Shown: piece by piece, positions 1 to 14,097 of the stretch
Position numbering within the stretch: the first letter of the stretch is position 1
Layout: the number at the start of each line of letters is the position of its first letter
Assembly: GCA_965153455.1 (NCBI GenBank)
Contig: OZ234493.1
Location: forward strand, 17,784,213-17,848,212
DNA length: 64,000 nucleotides
DNA from: Sphagnum compactum
Taxonomy: Eukaryota
Direction: 5' to 3'
Notes under the pieces: generated by a model
Database searches by the model: none
Seen by the model: the letters and a program-made list of their open reading frames with translations, nothing else
Told to the model about the DNA's origin: nothing
Position numbers and translations under genes: made by a program

Positions 1-686
1 TTCTTTTGGGCTAGTTAGTAGTATGTAAGTACAATGCAAATCATTAAACTATTATAATTGATGGGATTTGCACTTGGGAGGAGGAGGAAGAGGAGCATAG
101 TACAACAAGTACAAAGTGATAGCTAATAATTTCCTATGGGGAATTGGTGATAGTTTCTGACACTCTTTCTTCATACCTACTTTACAATTGAGCAGATTTG
201 GCATGATTATTGACTCTCTTCTCTTTACATGTGTTTGGGTGTGTGTGTATGATATGTGTGTTGTGTTGTGTTCCTCCTCCTCCTCCTCTCTCTCTCTCTC
301 TCTTTCTTTCTTTTTGCCCTCTTCCACACTTTGCTGCAACACCGACTGACTACTCAATGAATCAAATCCTTGAGTTTTGCGGCCCATGAAATGAAAGAAA
401 TCCCAATCAATCGTGATGAACATGCAAAGCTCAAACATGCGTAAATGGCTCTCTCTCTCTCTCTCTCTACCCTTTAATGGCAAGTTCAAACAAAATCATG
501 ACAAATTTTTCACGACCCAATGTTAACAACAAACACACGGTTAGGTGATTTTGTCATCAGAGACATCAGAATTGGCCACCACCAGCAGGAGGAGCTTATT
601 GTTGTTCTCTGACATAAAATAGCAGCTGGGGAACATGTTATTATTAAAAGTCAATGGGAACTCTGCCTACATGCCAGGGTTCCCCC

Positions 687-732
687 CCTCTTTGAAATGA
701 TTTGGTCTGAAGGAAGAATCATTTCAAAGAGG
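687..732. other. Perfect 16-bp inverted repeat (hairpin, 14-nt loop)
   Basis: CCTCTTTGAAATGATT (687-702) and AATCATTTCAAAGAGG (717-732) are exact reverse complements. Confidence 0.85.
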
Positions 733-892
733 ACAACCAAATCAAATTGGCCTTTGCTATTTAATGACTGCAAAATGAATTTTTCTTTTAATTTTTCTTT
801 TAGTTTTTCTTTTTTTATTTATTTAATGAATTTGATTAAGAAATAGTAGCCTAAAGAATACAGTATAGCTGATTTTTTGGGTGCTCCCATTT

Positions 893-1020
893 AGCTTTGG
901 GGTGAACCAGGCACCCACATTGGTACCATGGTAAAAATCCCGAATTTTATTTAAATTATTTCTACATATTGCAAGTATCCTAAGTTGCTTACACTAAATC
1001 AAGGCCTCTAAGATCAAATC
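893..1020. mobile_element. Terminal fragment of a MITE/DNA-transposon family (inverted copy of 19200-19330)
   Basis: GGGTGAAC...CATTGGTACCATGGTAAAAATCCC...TTTAAATTATTTCTA aligns with the reverse complement of 19200-19330. Confidence 0.6.
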
Positions 1021-1904
1021 CTTTAGTCACTAAGTACTCAATAAAAATATGGGTTATTTTAGAGATCATTTTTGTCATGCTTTATTAATTTCTACCTTTT
1101 TTTTTTCAATTTTGGGATGCATTTACATCATTTTTGGGCACTATAAGAGCCCCATGCCTCTCGATTTTCAAACAAGTTTCTCCACATCAAATTTCATCCA
1201 CTTAGCTCTCTAGCACTTACACTAATTACATACCACTATTTTAGTACTAAAACTAAAATGCACAATGTTCTTGAAATGGGTTTAAGGTATTTCCCCCCAA
1301 ATTTTTTTTTATAAAAATCCAATTCAAACCAATTTGGATGAATGCCTTAGGGATGGTTTTACATCTATGAATAATGTTTCTTATCATCCACCTTTCTCCT
1401 TCCCTTTCTCATAAAAATTGATCCTCGAGTTTGCATGTCCTACATTGCACATGGATGATTGATACATCTATGAAGTATCATCTCACTAGGTTCCATCCAT
1501 CCTCCTCATCATTAACACTTGTTGTTGCAAAATGTCTACAATAGAAATTGAGTGTAATTGTTGGAATTTGAGACTTGAGAAAGTTTAGATTTGTAGAGAT
1601 TAGTAATGCTCTCTTGATTAATACCCAAAACTTACACTACATAAAAACCCACACATTCAGATCTGATTTTGCACACATGATTTGAAAAAAATTCAGCTAA
1701 TTTTATAAATATTTCTTTAAATATATTATTTCTATATTGACATTAGATAGAGAAAAATAGATTTAATTTTTTGTATGCACATTGGTATGTAAGAACATTC
1801 ATTTCGAAACATTCCATTAAGGGTAATCTTTTGATGGAAAAGAAGTGGGTTGTTTATGGAGACATAGGTTTTCATGGGTTGTGCACTTCAGTTCAATTAA
1901 GTTG

Positions 1905-2435
1905 TGGAAAAGGGAGTATTTTCTTCTATTTTTCCTTCTTATAGAACTTAATCATACACAAATTTAGATTTTTACAATCTCTTTTATGAACAACGTTTAT
2001 AATCTATACATATTTCAACAACACAAATTGAAGCAAATTCCAAAAATAATTAGACAAAAATAAAAATTTGTATGTGTAAATCCAAACTCAAATGAATCTA
2101 TTCTTCTTGCCAATTTTTTTTTTAAAAAAAATTTGCAAACGTTCAAAACTCAAAACTCAAGTTATGTTTGAAACTCTATAGCAAATCCTATTTAAACTTC
2201 ATGTTCAAAGGTTCAAAGATAATAACCAATAAATTTAACTAGTACAAATCAAAACTATAACCAATATAAATCTTTAATTTATTCAAATTATTGTTTTCTA
2301 GTAAACTACAAATCCAAATGTAAACTATATATCATATTTCAAATGAAAAAGTATACTACGTATCTTATTACAAATCAAATTATTACAGATCTTATTACTA
2401 CATACGTTACCACTAATCAAAGCCACTACTTAAAA
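1905..2435. repeat. Diverged ~500-bp direct repeat, copy 1 (copy 2 at ~9515-9950); possible LTR or subterminal repeat
   Basis: Shared blocks, e.g. TAATTAGACAAAAATA, AAATCCAAACTCAAATGAAT.TATTCTTCTTG and TATTTAAACTTCATGTTCAAAGGT. Confidence 0.7.
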
Positions 2436-2599
2436 TTTGTCCTTTCAATAATTTGGATATTGTCTTCAAAATCCATGTACAATTGAAGTAAGTTAAACAT
2501 TTATGGTTTCAGTCACATATGTAAAATCTATATAAATTATTGTTGGTTGTTTGATTTGTCAAAGTAAAACTTTTGATGCATGAATAGTAGTTGATGAAA

Positions 2600-4500
2600 T
2601 TCAATTTTAGATCTAGGATTAATTTGAACATTCACACATACAATCTATGTTTCAAAGTGGTATGTCAAGTTTTGTTGATTCTAAGATATGTGAAAGATTG
2701 TTAGAAATTAATGTTTCTTTTCATATGTCATTCAACCTTGCATTTGTGGGTTGAGGTGATTGTTTTCAAGTAGGACTTGAGTAGTTAAGAACATGTTGTT
2801 GGAATAACATACAAATGATTTAGATAAGCAATAATGTACGATTCAAATTTGAGAATGTATAATTGTTTGTCAATGTTCCAAGCATCAAATGTTTCCAAAG
2901 TCGTATCATTCACAATGCCATGAACCTTGTCCCACCAAGGTTCCCATCTAGAAGGCTTTAGGGCCAAAACTTATGTGTGAACATTAGACAAGGTCTAATT
3001 TAGTAGCAACTCATCATACTCTTTCATTTGATGCATTGCAATGATTGGTGGTGTGTTACATACTTGTTGAATTTGATCACAATATCGATCATGCTTCAAC
3101 TAGAAGGCCATGAGTTGCTTCTATTGGTTTGCATTTATTTTTTCCATAACAAGATAAAATTCATTTGTTTTGTTATAGTGTCAATCAAAAAGAGCATACA
3201 AAATCTTGGTGTCTCCAAATCTTTCTACTATAGCTAATCAATATTATGTTTTGGCTTGGCCTTGTATTGTTTAGTTTCAACCTTGAACTTCTCCAATTAG
3301 TCATAGGTTTCCAAATAATTAAATTCATGAATACAAACATGAATTTTCAAACTTTCCATCTACACCTTAAGAATATCATACCCATCTAACTTGACATGCA
3401 ACTCTTTGTGCTTAATTCAATTAACATTTAATTATTTGTGCAAGTTGAATAATTTTCTTTCATGATTTTTTTGTCTCTCTGTAAGAACATTGATCTTGTA
3501 TATCTTGTCAAAATTTTCATTATTAAGTCGTTTCCTATCAATTGCTAACATGTTATGTTTTACCATGAAGTTCATGAAGTCATCTAATAAAAATTGGCAA
3601 TGTTCATATCGTTCAACACCAAATGTTACAACTTCACAAAAATCATTAAATGGTGTTAGTCTTTGAGAGGAAAGGGTTGAAGCATGTGCTGAACCATGAG
3701 GTGTGGAATTAAACACATTATATTAAACAACATCAATTAAACATCTCCATTATTTAAAGCAAAATAGTGGCAACATCTACCAATGGAAGGCATTATTCAA
3801 AAATCGGTGAAGATGATCGTGTTGGGACTAGCTCAAATGTAGATTTAAATATAATTGTATATATTTTTATTCAAGTGCATGCATGCTTATGAACAAGTTT
3901 AGTCAAAAGAACCTTCAATGAAATTATTTGGGTTCTTAATGTTTATTGAACTATATTATATCAAATACTTAATTTCTTGGTGGAGACATGGGTATAGTTC
4001 GGACAATTGGACCTTGGGCACATACATTGCACAAACTATTCCACAGTAATCTTTGCAACTGCATCATCTTGTACATGGACTCCTATGGATCCTCCTATGT
4101 CTTTAAGCTATTACCATGTACATATGTCATATCTCTTGTCTTTTTTTTTGGTCATCTATTCCTCATCAAATAGTGGTTGTTGAATAACTTGATTAGTGAC
4201 TTTTGTAAGTTTCCCATCCAATGGAAACCATTTTCAAAACAAAATATCATTTATATGTCTTACATAAAATATATTTGTCTTCTTGGTTTTCTAAACATGA
4301 CCCATAACAATCTTTTTTTGATTTTTTGTCCATCGTTGCAACTCCATTGCAAATTGGGTAAGCATAATGGAACATTAGTTCAGAGCAATGCCCCAATTTG
4401 CATTACACAATGTAACAACAATCTAATGTCTAATAGATGGCCTATAAAATTGTGGAGAATTGAACTATATATGAATCCCACATTTTGATAATCTTCCTCA
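2600..4500 (-). mobile_element. Highly degenerate transposase-like remnant (possibly Mutator/MULE)
   Basis: Broken minus-strand ORFs (3432-3716, 2785-2967) with a weak ID..xNxTxxG...TL resemblance to the MULE catalytic region; many stops. Confidence 0.25.
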
Positions 4501-5199
4501 TTTCAATAATCTTTCAATTGCATTTTCGAATCTACAACTCATGTTTGTGCAAAGAAAAAAAAAATAACGAAAAAACTAAAAAGTGTAAGAAAGGACTATA
4601 ATAATTTTCTTGAAAATAATGGTGTCAACAATTAGTTAATGATGACAATGACATTAACCAAATTAGGATTAGGGTGTCATTATGGTAGTAATTGTTCTTT
4701 TTGATAATTTTGCAATAAAATGATAAAACAATAATAGTTCCATTAACTGAAGATAATCCTAAAATATTATCGCATGTTTTGATAATTGAGAATATTCATA
4801 ATCCACAGGTTGAATAGTATTCACAAAAATTATACATATAGGTATTTAAATTTATTCAATAATTATTTTTTCATATTGGCACAATTTCAATTTATTGATG
4901 TTGACCATGATTAAATTTAAATCAAATTTGTCAAATGCAACCAATAAGATTGGGTTATGTATAATATTGTATTTGATAAAGATTGAACCATCAATGTTTA
5001 AACTTCATAGTATGCACCTTGATTTTTTTTTAAAGTTATAAAACATAATCTCCAAATTTGAATCAATTTTGAACATGATGTTATTACAATCATAAAAACC
5101 AATTTCATTGATTAAAAAAAAGAGTATATTATGCTTATAATTGATTCTCTTGAAATCACTTCAATTCAATAAGTTGACCACTAAGGACTCGAGTAGGTT

Positions 5200-8100
5200 T
5201 TGAATTGGTTTTTACCATCGATCCGTGTTGGTAAAAGGTGTTCGGTCGGTAACAACGGATATAAGTTGTAAACTAATTGAAAAGGAGTATGGCCAATTGC
5301 AACTTTAAATGCAATATAATAAAAATGTAATTATTGGTAAATATTTATCCTAATTAAATCATTTTTCATTGACCAATTTGGTTAACAATGTATTGAACAT
5401 TTTATTGATAAACTTGACCCAAGCAATACCTAAAGGGTAATAAATAATAGAACTTGTGTGATGCATTAAAAAATGGTTAGTTAAGCATTGAATATCATCA
5501 TTAATGAATGTGTACCTTGATTAATAACAATGGTCAAAGGGCAATTAAATTGAGCAACAATACATTCATATTATTATTTTGTAATAATTGTAGCAATGTT
5601 AGTCCATTAAGCCTTGGCTTCCACCCATTTTGTCATATAATTGATAAGAACTCGAATATAGTGATTTTTCATGAGTTTACCCATGGGCTTAATTGGTCCA
5701 ACAAAATCAAAACCCCATTTCATGAATGGTTATTTAGGAAGAGTTGTAATAAACTTCACCCAACTTTGAGTTGACAAATTTACCTATCCTTTGGCATGAA
5801 TCACAAGTTTTATAATATTTGATATTATCTCAATATAATGTTGACCACTAATATCATGCATCCAAAATCTTTCAAGCAATAATATCCATTGAAATATTCC
5901 TATATGAAAGTTCAAAGTTCATGGAGTATCATTGATATTTCGACTAGTTGTAAGCATCAACAAAATTGGTGGGTTTGTCTGAATCAATACAAGATATGAT
6001 TATGAATAGTAAAAGGTTTAGCCTTCTATGTTAGGTTGTGGTGTTGTGCTAAATGTAACTAACTAACATTTAACATGAACTTAAATAATCAAATTTTTTT
6101 TGTAACCAATCATGTTCTAATAAAAATAAAAATAACATCAATTGATCAAGTACTTTGATCAATTGTGCTTCATTGGTAAATATAGATGAAACATTAGATT
6201 ATTCGATGTGATCTACTTGGTTTGTATATGATTTTGAAATTATATTTTAGAAATAGTGATAACCATTGGGCTATTATACTTAAGACCTATGGTTTGTTGA
6301 CCAAATAAACCAAGGCCATGTGATCAATGAAAAATAAATAAAATTTCCTGATATATAATTTTGAAATTTATGCAATGCAAAAACCATTATTAAAACTTCT
6401 CTTTATGTGCTAGTATAATTCCTTTCTACATGATTTAATAATCTATATGTGCAAACATTGGGTTAATCAAACTTTTTAGTTGATTTTGAAATAGCAAAAC
6501 TCTTACTACTAATTGTGAAACATCTATATGAACATGGAATTTTAAATCCCAATTTAAACTAATCAAAATCAATACTTATACATATCAACTTTTGATATAT
6601 TCCCATGTTATCTAACATTCATTAGTTTAGATAAATATTCAAATTTTTGCATCAACTTGATTATAAGTTCCATGACAAAAATGGTTTCAAATAAAACCTT
6701 AGTAAAATTGGGCCATATCACTGAAAACATATATCTATTTTAATGTAGTTTGTATCAACATATTAAATGTTGGCTTGTATGTTTTTGGATTAGGGAGTTT
6801 ACCTTCTTTGGATACCATAAGCCCAAGAATTAATCCAAAAACACTATGAAATCATGTTTATCCATATTTAAGTTGATAACAAACTCATGAAACTTGAGAA
6901 AACAAAGTCATAAATTGTCCAAATGAATATCCATATTGTTGAAAACAATGATTATCTAAAAAGATTTTCATAAATAAATTGATGTATTCTTGGAATGATT
7001 TGCTAACAACATATCGATAAGTTGGTGGTTTATTATTCATTCCAAAAGGCATAACAATCCATACAAAGACTCCCAAATTAGTAACAAAAACATTTTTGTA
7101 CCGATCTTCTAATGTAATCAATATTTGATGGTAATTCAAAAACACCATCAAGGAAAGAATAGGTTTCATGACCTACAATAATATTGAGCACTTCATTGGT
7201 GAAAGCCAAAATATATTGATTTTTTTCGTGATGACATTGAATTTTCAAAGTCAACACAAATCTATAGCTTACCATTCTTCTTTGGTACCACCACAATTGG
7301 TGACAACCATGTAACTTCTTCCATATGTTGAATAAATCTTGTAGTTAATAACTTATCAATATCTTATTTGGTAATAGTAGTGTAGTTTATATTTAATTGG
7401 TATTGGGTTTGATGAGCTTGTGGGATTGATGTATCAAGTTCAATATGATGTTAGGTAATCTTTGGTGGAATTCCCTTTAAATCTTTGTATGTCCAAGCAC
7501 ATATGTCTTTGAGTCCTAAAGTAGTGTTGTTAGTGCATGGGATTATTTAGGTTTTAATGCATGTTGATATTCACATGTTGAGGATTCTCCAAGGTTCCCA
7601 AGTTGACTTTGATTAGTTGTTCTTCTTCGCTAACAATCCATCCAACACAATCTACAACTTTTGCATTTGTATTATGATAGGCCGTTCATCAATCAACATC
7701 ATTTTGATTTTTGATTTGTAAAATGTCACAATGTAATCTTTACTAACCTATGTTTGTTTTAATTTTGTAAAACGTTTAGATGATAGGTTTGAACTACTAA
7801 CATGTATAATTGGTTTCGCTTCAACTATATTCAAAGGCTCATGATTTTTCACCTTTAAACAAATTATCAATAGAAAAAAAAAACCAATCAAAAATAACTT
7901 TGGCTCTATAGCAAACATAAGATCTTTTTTTTCATCAAAAATTTTATTATAGAAATCATAACACATAATAACCTTTGGTATTTTGGTTTGTTTATTAAGA
8001 TGTTTTGTGACAATTATGGTTTTGACCAATGTTGGCTAGTATTGTTTTTAAAAAGTAAATGTTGAGTAGGTTATTTAATTTATTTGGGGCCACACATGTT

Positions 8101-9170
8101 ATCAATATCCCCAAAAAAGTCTCAAATAGGTTATCAAATTACCGATCAATAACCACCAATTATACACCAATTATACGGTTTTAAAACAAAATTATGAAAA
8201 AAAAAATATTATTTAAAGATTGATAACCTATTTGGATGACCCAATTATCATGCAAGTATGTTATTAGATTTTGAAATTTTAGTACACTGCAGTTATCAAT
8301 TTAATTAATTATTAAAGAATCAAGAATTGGCTAGTAAATTATTAATAATCAAGTTAATAAATGGGTAAAAATTCTTTAATTTGCCAACATTGGTTTTGAT
8401 AATGTCATTACTTTGGATAGTAACTACATGTTATTACCCCCAAATATGTGAAACCTTTGCATCTATCAACCAAGGTCTACCAAGTAGCATAAAATAAATA
8501 GAATCAAGTACAACATTATGCATAATAGTAAAAAGTGGAAAACCATGCACAAGTATTCATAGATATCAAATTGGCCTTAAAGGTTTAGTAGTTATTTGAT
8601 TTACCATCCACAAATTGTAAGGTGCAAGTTTGGGTTTAGGCAATCTTAAATGAGCCTTCAATATTTTTATGATATATTATTAAGTCCAAAACCTCCATGT
8701 CATAGAACATCATTTGTCATTTTTTACACATTTGTATTTGGATGATTGCCATGTGATGTACAAAAGCAACCCATTGAGTGTGGTATTCTTTTAGTTATTG
8801 GTATCTTGTTTGGTTTCAATTATTTGGGTCAAAAATCTTTTAAGATCAAATACAACATAAAATAACCAACTCAAATTAAGAGTGTATTTAGTATCAAAAA
8901 CTTGTTGACCAATATTTTGTAGAGTGTTTTTAACCAATTTTGATTTAAAAAATAAATACAACAAATTGGATCAAGCAATGGAAATGAAGAAATTGGTATT
9001 GTAACTTGCATTGGATTGGATTGGATCGATTTTCTAGATTGGCCAATTTCCTTTGACTTATAATTTCACCTACATTTTCAATTTGTTTATATGATCTAAT
9101 ACCAATCTTTTGTTGTGGTTGATCAGTGTTCATTTCTTTGGCAAGTCTTTTGGTAAATATCATTCTTGAT
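5200..9170 (-). mobile_element. Degenerate Ty3/Gypsy LTR retrotransposon pol region
   Basis: Minus-strand order is protease (~8400-8750, LLGRPWL), RT (~6700-7450, FLDG, YHQI, VMPFGMNN, MKIFLD), RNase H (~6200-6600), integrase (~5200-6000, [15 protein letters not shown]). Integrase last is the Gypsy order. Many stops and frameshifts. Confidence 0.85.
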
Positions 9171-9514
9171 GTTTTATTATTTCACCCTTCTTAATCCTAA
9201 TATGTTATTTGATCTATACATTTCTATACATTTCTTGTTACAATTCTAAACATCTTAACGTTTATTACAAAACCACAAAAATATAATTAGTTTCTTTTGA
9301 AATTTTATAATTCAAATTAGTTAAAAACTCAAATTTTTATAGGTTAAACCAAATTTATATTAACAACCTATTCAAATTTCCGAATCCATAGTGTAAAAAA
9401 GAAACTTTCTAAACTTGTACTTCAAAAATCCACAAAACAAATTTAATTAACAAAATCCAATCTATGTTACAACTAAAAATTTAAACAAAATTGCTCCTTG
9501 ACATGGTCACCATA

Positions 9515-9950
9515 TGAAAAAGGGAACATTTTCCTTTATTCTTCCTTTTTACAACTTTAATTATACACAAATTAAAATTTTTGCAACCTATTATGTGAAT
9601 ATCTTGATCCATACATTTTCTTTTGCACAACATAGATTGAATCAATTTTGAAAACATAATTAGACAAAAATACAAATATGCATGTGCAAATCCAAACTCA
9701 AATGAATATATTCTTCTTGTCAAATCTTATTTAAACTTCATGTTCAAAGGTAAAAAAATGATCATTAAATCTAGCTAGTACAAATCAAAATTATAGTTAA
9801 TAAAAGTTACCTGTACAAGTTTTAATGTTTTCATATGATTATCTTTTGATAAACTATAGATTAAAATGTATATTCATATTTTATTATAGATAAAATTACT
9901 ACAAATCTTACTATTATAAATGTTACCACCAATTAAAACCAACCCTTAAC
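9515..9950. repeat. Diverged direct repeat, copy 2 (of 1905-2435)
   Basis: Same shared blocks as 1905-2435. Confidence 0.7.
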
Positions 9951-10456
9951 AAACTGAAAAGATTCAACAATAATAGGAGTCAACAAATATGAAAATTTAG
10001 ATAAGCTAAGCATTTAATTTTTATTAGTGGCAATGAAATGATCAAAGAAATGAGTTGAATTTGTGAAAATTAAGTTTGATGTCAGTGAAAATATTGAATG
10101 ACATTACATGCAACTTGAAATGATTGAATTCATACTTAATCAAATTGAATCCAAATTCTTAAATTGAATCAAAATACATTGAATTAAATTCAAATTGAAT
10201 TGAAATGCAACAAAATGCAAATTGATACACCAAATATTGAAAACACGCTCATCACTTCCATCATCCTTGACTATGGCATTGAAAAAAAAACACAATTCCG
10301 AAGAGATAGATTTGAAATCATTCATAATAAAATTTGAATTGAAATCTATTTTGGTAGGAATATATTACTAGTGAACCCTAAATTAATCTACCCTATACTA
10401 GCTTTGATATTACGATTGTCACAAAAATTTGGTGAAATATTTGATGACATTGGAAT

Positions 10457-10736
10457 CGAGGTTTTTTTTGGGTGTTGAACTTTTGCAATTTAGTGATAGA
10501 AAAGAAGGACTTCCAACATCTACAAAAGATTTTCTAATGAAAAAAACCCTAAATTTGCCACATTTTGAAGGAAAAATAGTTGAAATTGCCATATTTAGAC
10601 TATAGGCTCTTGCATGTCACCTATATAAATAGGGGGATTTTAAGAAAAAAATACTTCTCTTTACATCTCGTAGCCAAATTTGCATGTGGAGGATTGCCAA
10701 TCCAATTGCCTCACAATTTTGAAAACAAAACCCTCG
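10457..10736. mobile_element. hAT-type MITE (~280 bp)
   Basis: Ends CGAGGTTTT / AAAACCCTCG are near-inverted. They are flanked by 8-mers ATTGGAAT (10449-10456) and ATTGAAAT (10737-10744), a TSD with one mismatch. An 8-bp TSD is typical of hAT. Confidence 0.6.
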
Positions 10737-11985
10737 ATTGAAATGCTATAATCAATTTATAATTTACACCTATTCATCGAAAATATTATATTATGATGAT
10801 ATATTAAGTGACTATTGTTTTTGCTTAGTAACATATAACCCCATTACAACACTTTGATACTAAAATGTTTTCACTTTGGAATTTTCCCCAAATTGTTAAC
10901 ACATAGTTGTTCATATCATATACATATATTATATCTTTAAAATTATTTGTGAAATTTTACCACTTGGGGCGCTACAAAAGCATGTCAACTATGAACTTAA
11001 ATACTAAATTTCACATTGAATTACTCGGATTCTCTTTTGAATTGAACCTTACCTTACCCGTGACAACCGTATTTTTTAAAGTCCGCCGATTTGGTTTATG
11101 GTTCATACGATTTTTACTTTCCCTCTAGAATGTTTGTAATGATAAATTTTTTTAATTTTTAATTTTAATTTTTTTTTTAGGGTTTTTTTGGGAGTGCATG
11201 CATCATAGGAATCCGCATGAAAGGCTTCTTCTCCCACAACCATCCAAACAAGCTCTTTTTAAGGTCCAATAGTTGTGGCAAAGCAAAGCTCCATTTGATA
11301 TTATGGGATACCAAACATTGCTTAGGGCTTGGATATTCATATGCTCTCGGAAAATGTCTTCACAATTTGATTTGAGGATACAAGTGTGCCCAACTCTTTG
11401 GCTCGGATTCCTAAAGGAACTCCATTGCTCTCTACTAGTGATGTCCGCATGGTGGGGAAGAGGGGGCAGGGGCGGGGGGGGGAGTTTTTAAAAAAAATTA
11501 AAATGCATTAAAAATTGGAACTTAGTGGACCTTTTGCAAAGCTTGCCTAGGGGGGAAGAACGAACAAATGAACCCCCTCTTTGAACCTCTTATACAAAAC
11601 AACCAAATTAAAAAAAAGAAAAGAAAAGAAAGATCGGAACCAATGGCCTACCCCTTGTCGGCTTCATGACCATATTCAAGTACTACCAAAATCGGGTGAA
11701 TTTTAAAATGGTTTTTTTTTTTGGGGTGCAAAGCATATACCCTTTTGAAGTGCCCATTTCCCATTTAAAAACCAATTTCGATCCGCATAGATAGTAGAGC
11801 TTTCGTAATGGATGGCCCAGCCCCGTATGGGCTTTTCTCCTCAACTTTGTCCTCTTGCTTTCTTTCATTCTTTGCTCGGTGATTGAGTTTTAGTTCCACT
11901 CAGAGCTTGGCCTTTTGTTTTTTCGCACACAAATCGTTGAATATGTGAACCCATGCATTACGAGAAAGGACGACATGAAGGTTTA

Positions 11986-12340
11986 AAAAACATTAGGGTA
12001 CACAATTTTTTTTTCCGTTCAATCTCGAATAAATTATAATCCAATGGACCATCAACAAAAACATTAGGGTACACATTTTTTTTTCCATTCAATCTCGAAT
12101 AAATTATAATCCAATGGACCATCAACAAAAACATTAGGGTACACATTTTTTTTTCCGTTCAATCTCGAATAAATTATAATCCAATGGACCATCAACAAAA
12201 ACATTAGGGTACACATTTTTTTTTCCGTTCAATCTCGAATAAATTATAATCCAATGGACCATCAACAAAAACATTAGGGTACACATTTTTTTTTCGGTTC
12301 AATCTCGAATAAATTATAATCCAATGGACCATCAACAAAA
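11986..12340. repeat. Tandem repeat, 5 near-identical ~70-bp units
   Basis: Unit ACATTAGGGTACACATTTTTTTTTCCGTTCAATCTCGAATAAATTATAATCCAATGGACCATCAACAAAA, differing mainly in poly-T length. Confidence 0.95.
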
Positions 12341-13494
12341 GCCTTCGATAAAAAAGAGTTTGACGCACCAATTGCCGCCCCGGAAGACATGGACAAACAA
12401 ACATGGGTGGGTCCATAAAACCCCCTTTTTGCCATAGATTTCCTATCCCATATAGAAATCCCATCCCCCCCCCCTCCCCATATCACTAACCTAAATTGGT
12501 TTCAACTTGTTTCTTATTAAAAATAATAATATTGGAAAAAAAGAAAATGGGTGTTTTCTTTTCTAATTCTTGTATACTCTCTCTCAAGCCACAACAAGTG
12601 TTTTTTTTTTTTCTTGAATTTTGAGATAAGGAAAAAGTTTAACATCTTTATATATATTTTTGGCTACCTCTTGGACCATGTATAGAAATGTAGTGATTTT
12701 TTTAAATGATTTTTTGAAATTTGGATTTTTTTCAAAAAAATTAAATTTGTGACAAAAATTTCCCAAATTTTTTTGCAATAATGTGACTCAAAGAAAAAGG
12801 TTGGCCACACAGCCCACAAGTTGTTACAAAAGAAAAAAAATTACTAAAAATTATGTGAGTGGGAAAATCGATCACATGGTAGAAGAAAATATATTAAAAA
12901 AAAGAGAGAACTAACTCCAAATCAGCTTAAATAAATTTAAATTTAAAATTCAAAAATTTATGTGATTGAAAAAAAAAAACCCTAGTAAAAAAAGTTAAAA
13001 AAAAAGAATGATCTCCTCTCATTGGTTCCTTTCAAATTAGCATTGATCATAATAAATGATGATTTTTTAAAAAAAAGGAGAAAAAAATTGACACATACTA
13101 TTGAAAAAACTTAATTTTTTATTAAGCTAAATAAATTTAAAGAGAAAAAAAGGTAAAAAAGTATTCTAAATCCCACAAGAATATTTCAATTAAACTTAAA
13201 TTTGAATTTAAAATTAAAATTAAACCTGTGTCTTTTTTAACCTACCTGTGTAACTATGGTAAGTAGGAAACAAAAAACACAGGTAGGTAAATAACCAGCA
13301 ACGGCAGTAGAAATGCGTGTGGGGGCAAAAAAGAAAAAAAAGGAAAAAAAAAAGAAAAAAAAGGTACTTACTTTTCTCTTTTACTGGGTACGAAGCGGCG
13401 TGGGACTGACTTTTTGAGCACCAATAGGAGTCTCTGATTGGTCCACTAAAAGAAAAAAAAAAAGAAAAAAAAAAGGAACTATCAGGCACCCAAA

Positions 13495-13905
13495 AAGTAT
13501 CATTCATGATCCATCCATCCATTTTCCATAAAAGTACCATCTATGTCCATCCATGGTGAAGAAAAGTATTAATCTATGGTCCATCCACGCTTCAGAAAAG
13601 TATCATCCATATTCCATCCACGTTCCATCCACGCTGATTCGAAGTATCATCCATAGTCTATCCCAGGTCCATCCAAGAGAATCATCCATGGTCCATCCCC
13701 GGTCCATCCATGGTGCATAAAAGGAATCATCCATGATCCATCATCCCCAGTCCATCCGCGGTGCATAAATTCATCATCCATGGTCCATTCACGGTACGCA
13801 ATAGGTATCATCATCCATGGTCCATTCCCGGTACGCAATAGGTACCATCATCCATGGTTCATCCACGGCGCAAAATAACTTATCATCGAGGGCCTCATCC
13901 ATGGT
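13495..13905. repeat. Degenerate ~30-36-bp tandem repeat rich in ATCATCCATGGTCCAT
   Basis: About ten TCATCCAT(GG)TCCAT cores upstream of the SHI gene. Confidence 0.75.
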
Positions 13906-14097
13906 GGGGGGCGTCCGGATCGCACCGGTTGTACGCGACGGAATGGGAACGGAACGGCAAGAGGCTCGGAGAATCTAGAAGCTCGGAAACAGGTTCGTTG
14001 GAACCGAACCTGTGTTCTCCGAGGCTCGGGAACCGGGAGCAGTCGACCGCGCGGTTTGGAGCGTGACCGTCCGTTGCGCGATGACGCTCGTTCCTGG

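Noticed and set aside
52-489. 145-aa ORF
   Set aside because: Built from GA/CA microsatellites (ERERE, HTHT); no ATG start and no domain.
11986-12340. CRISPR-like array
   Set aside because: Units repeat end to end with no unique spacers; there are no cas genes and the context is eukaryotic.
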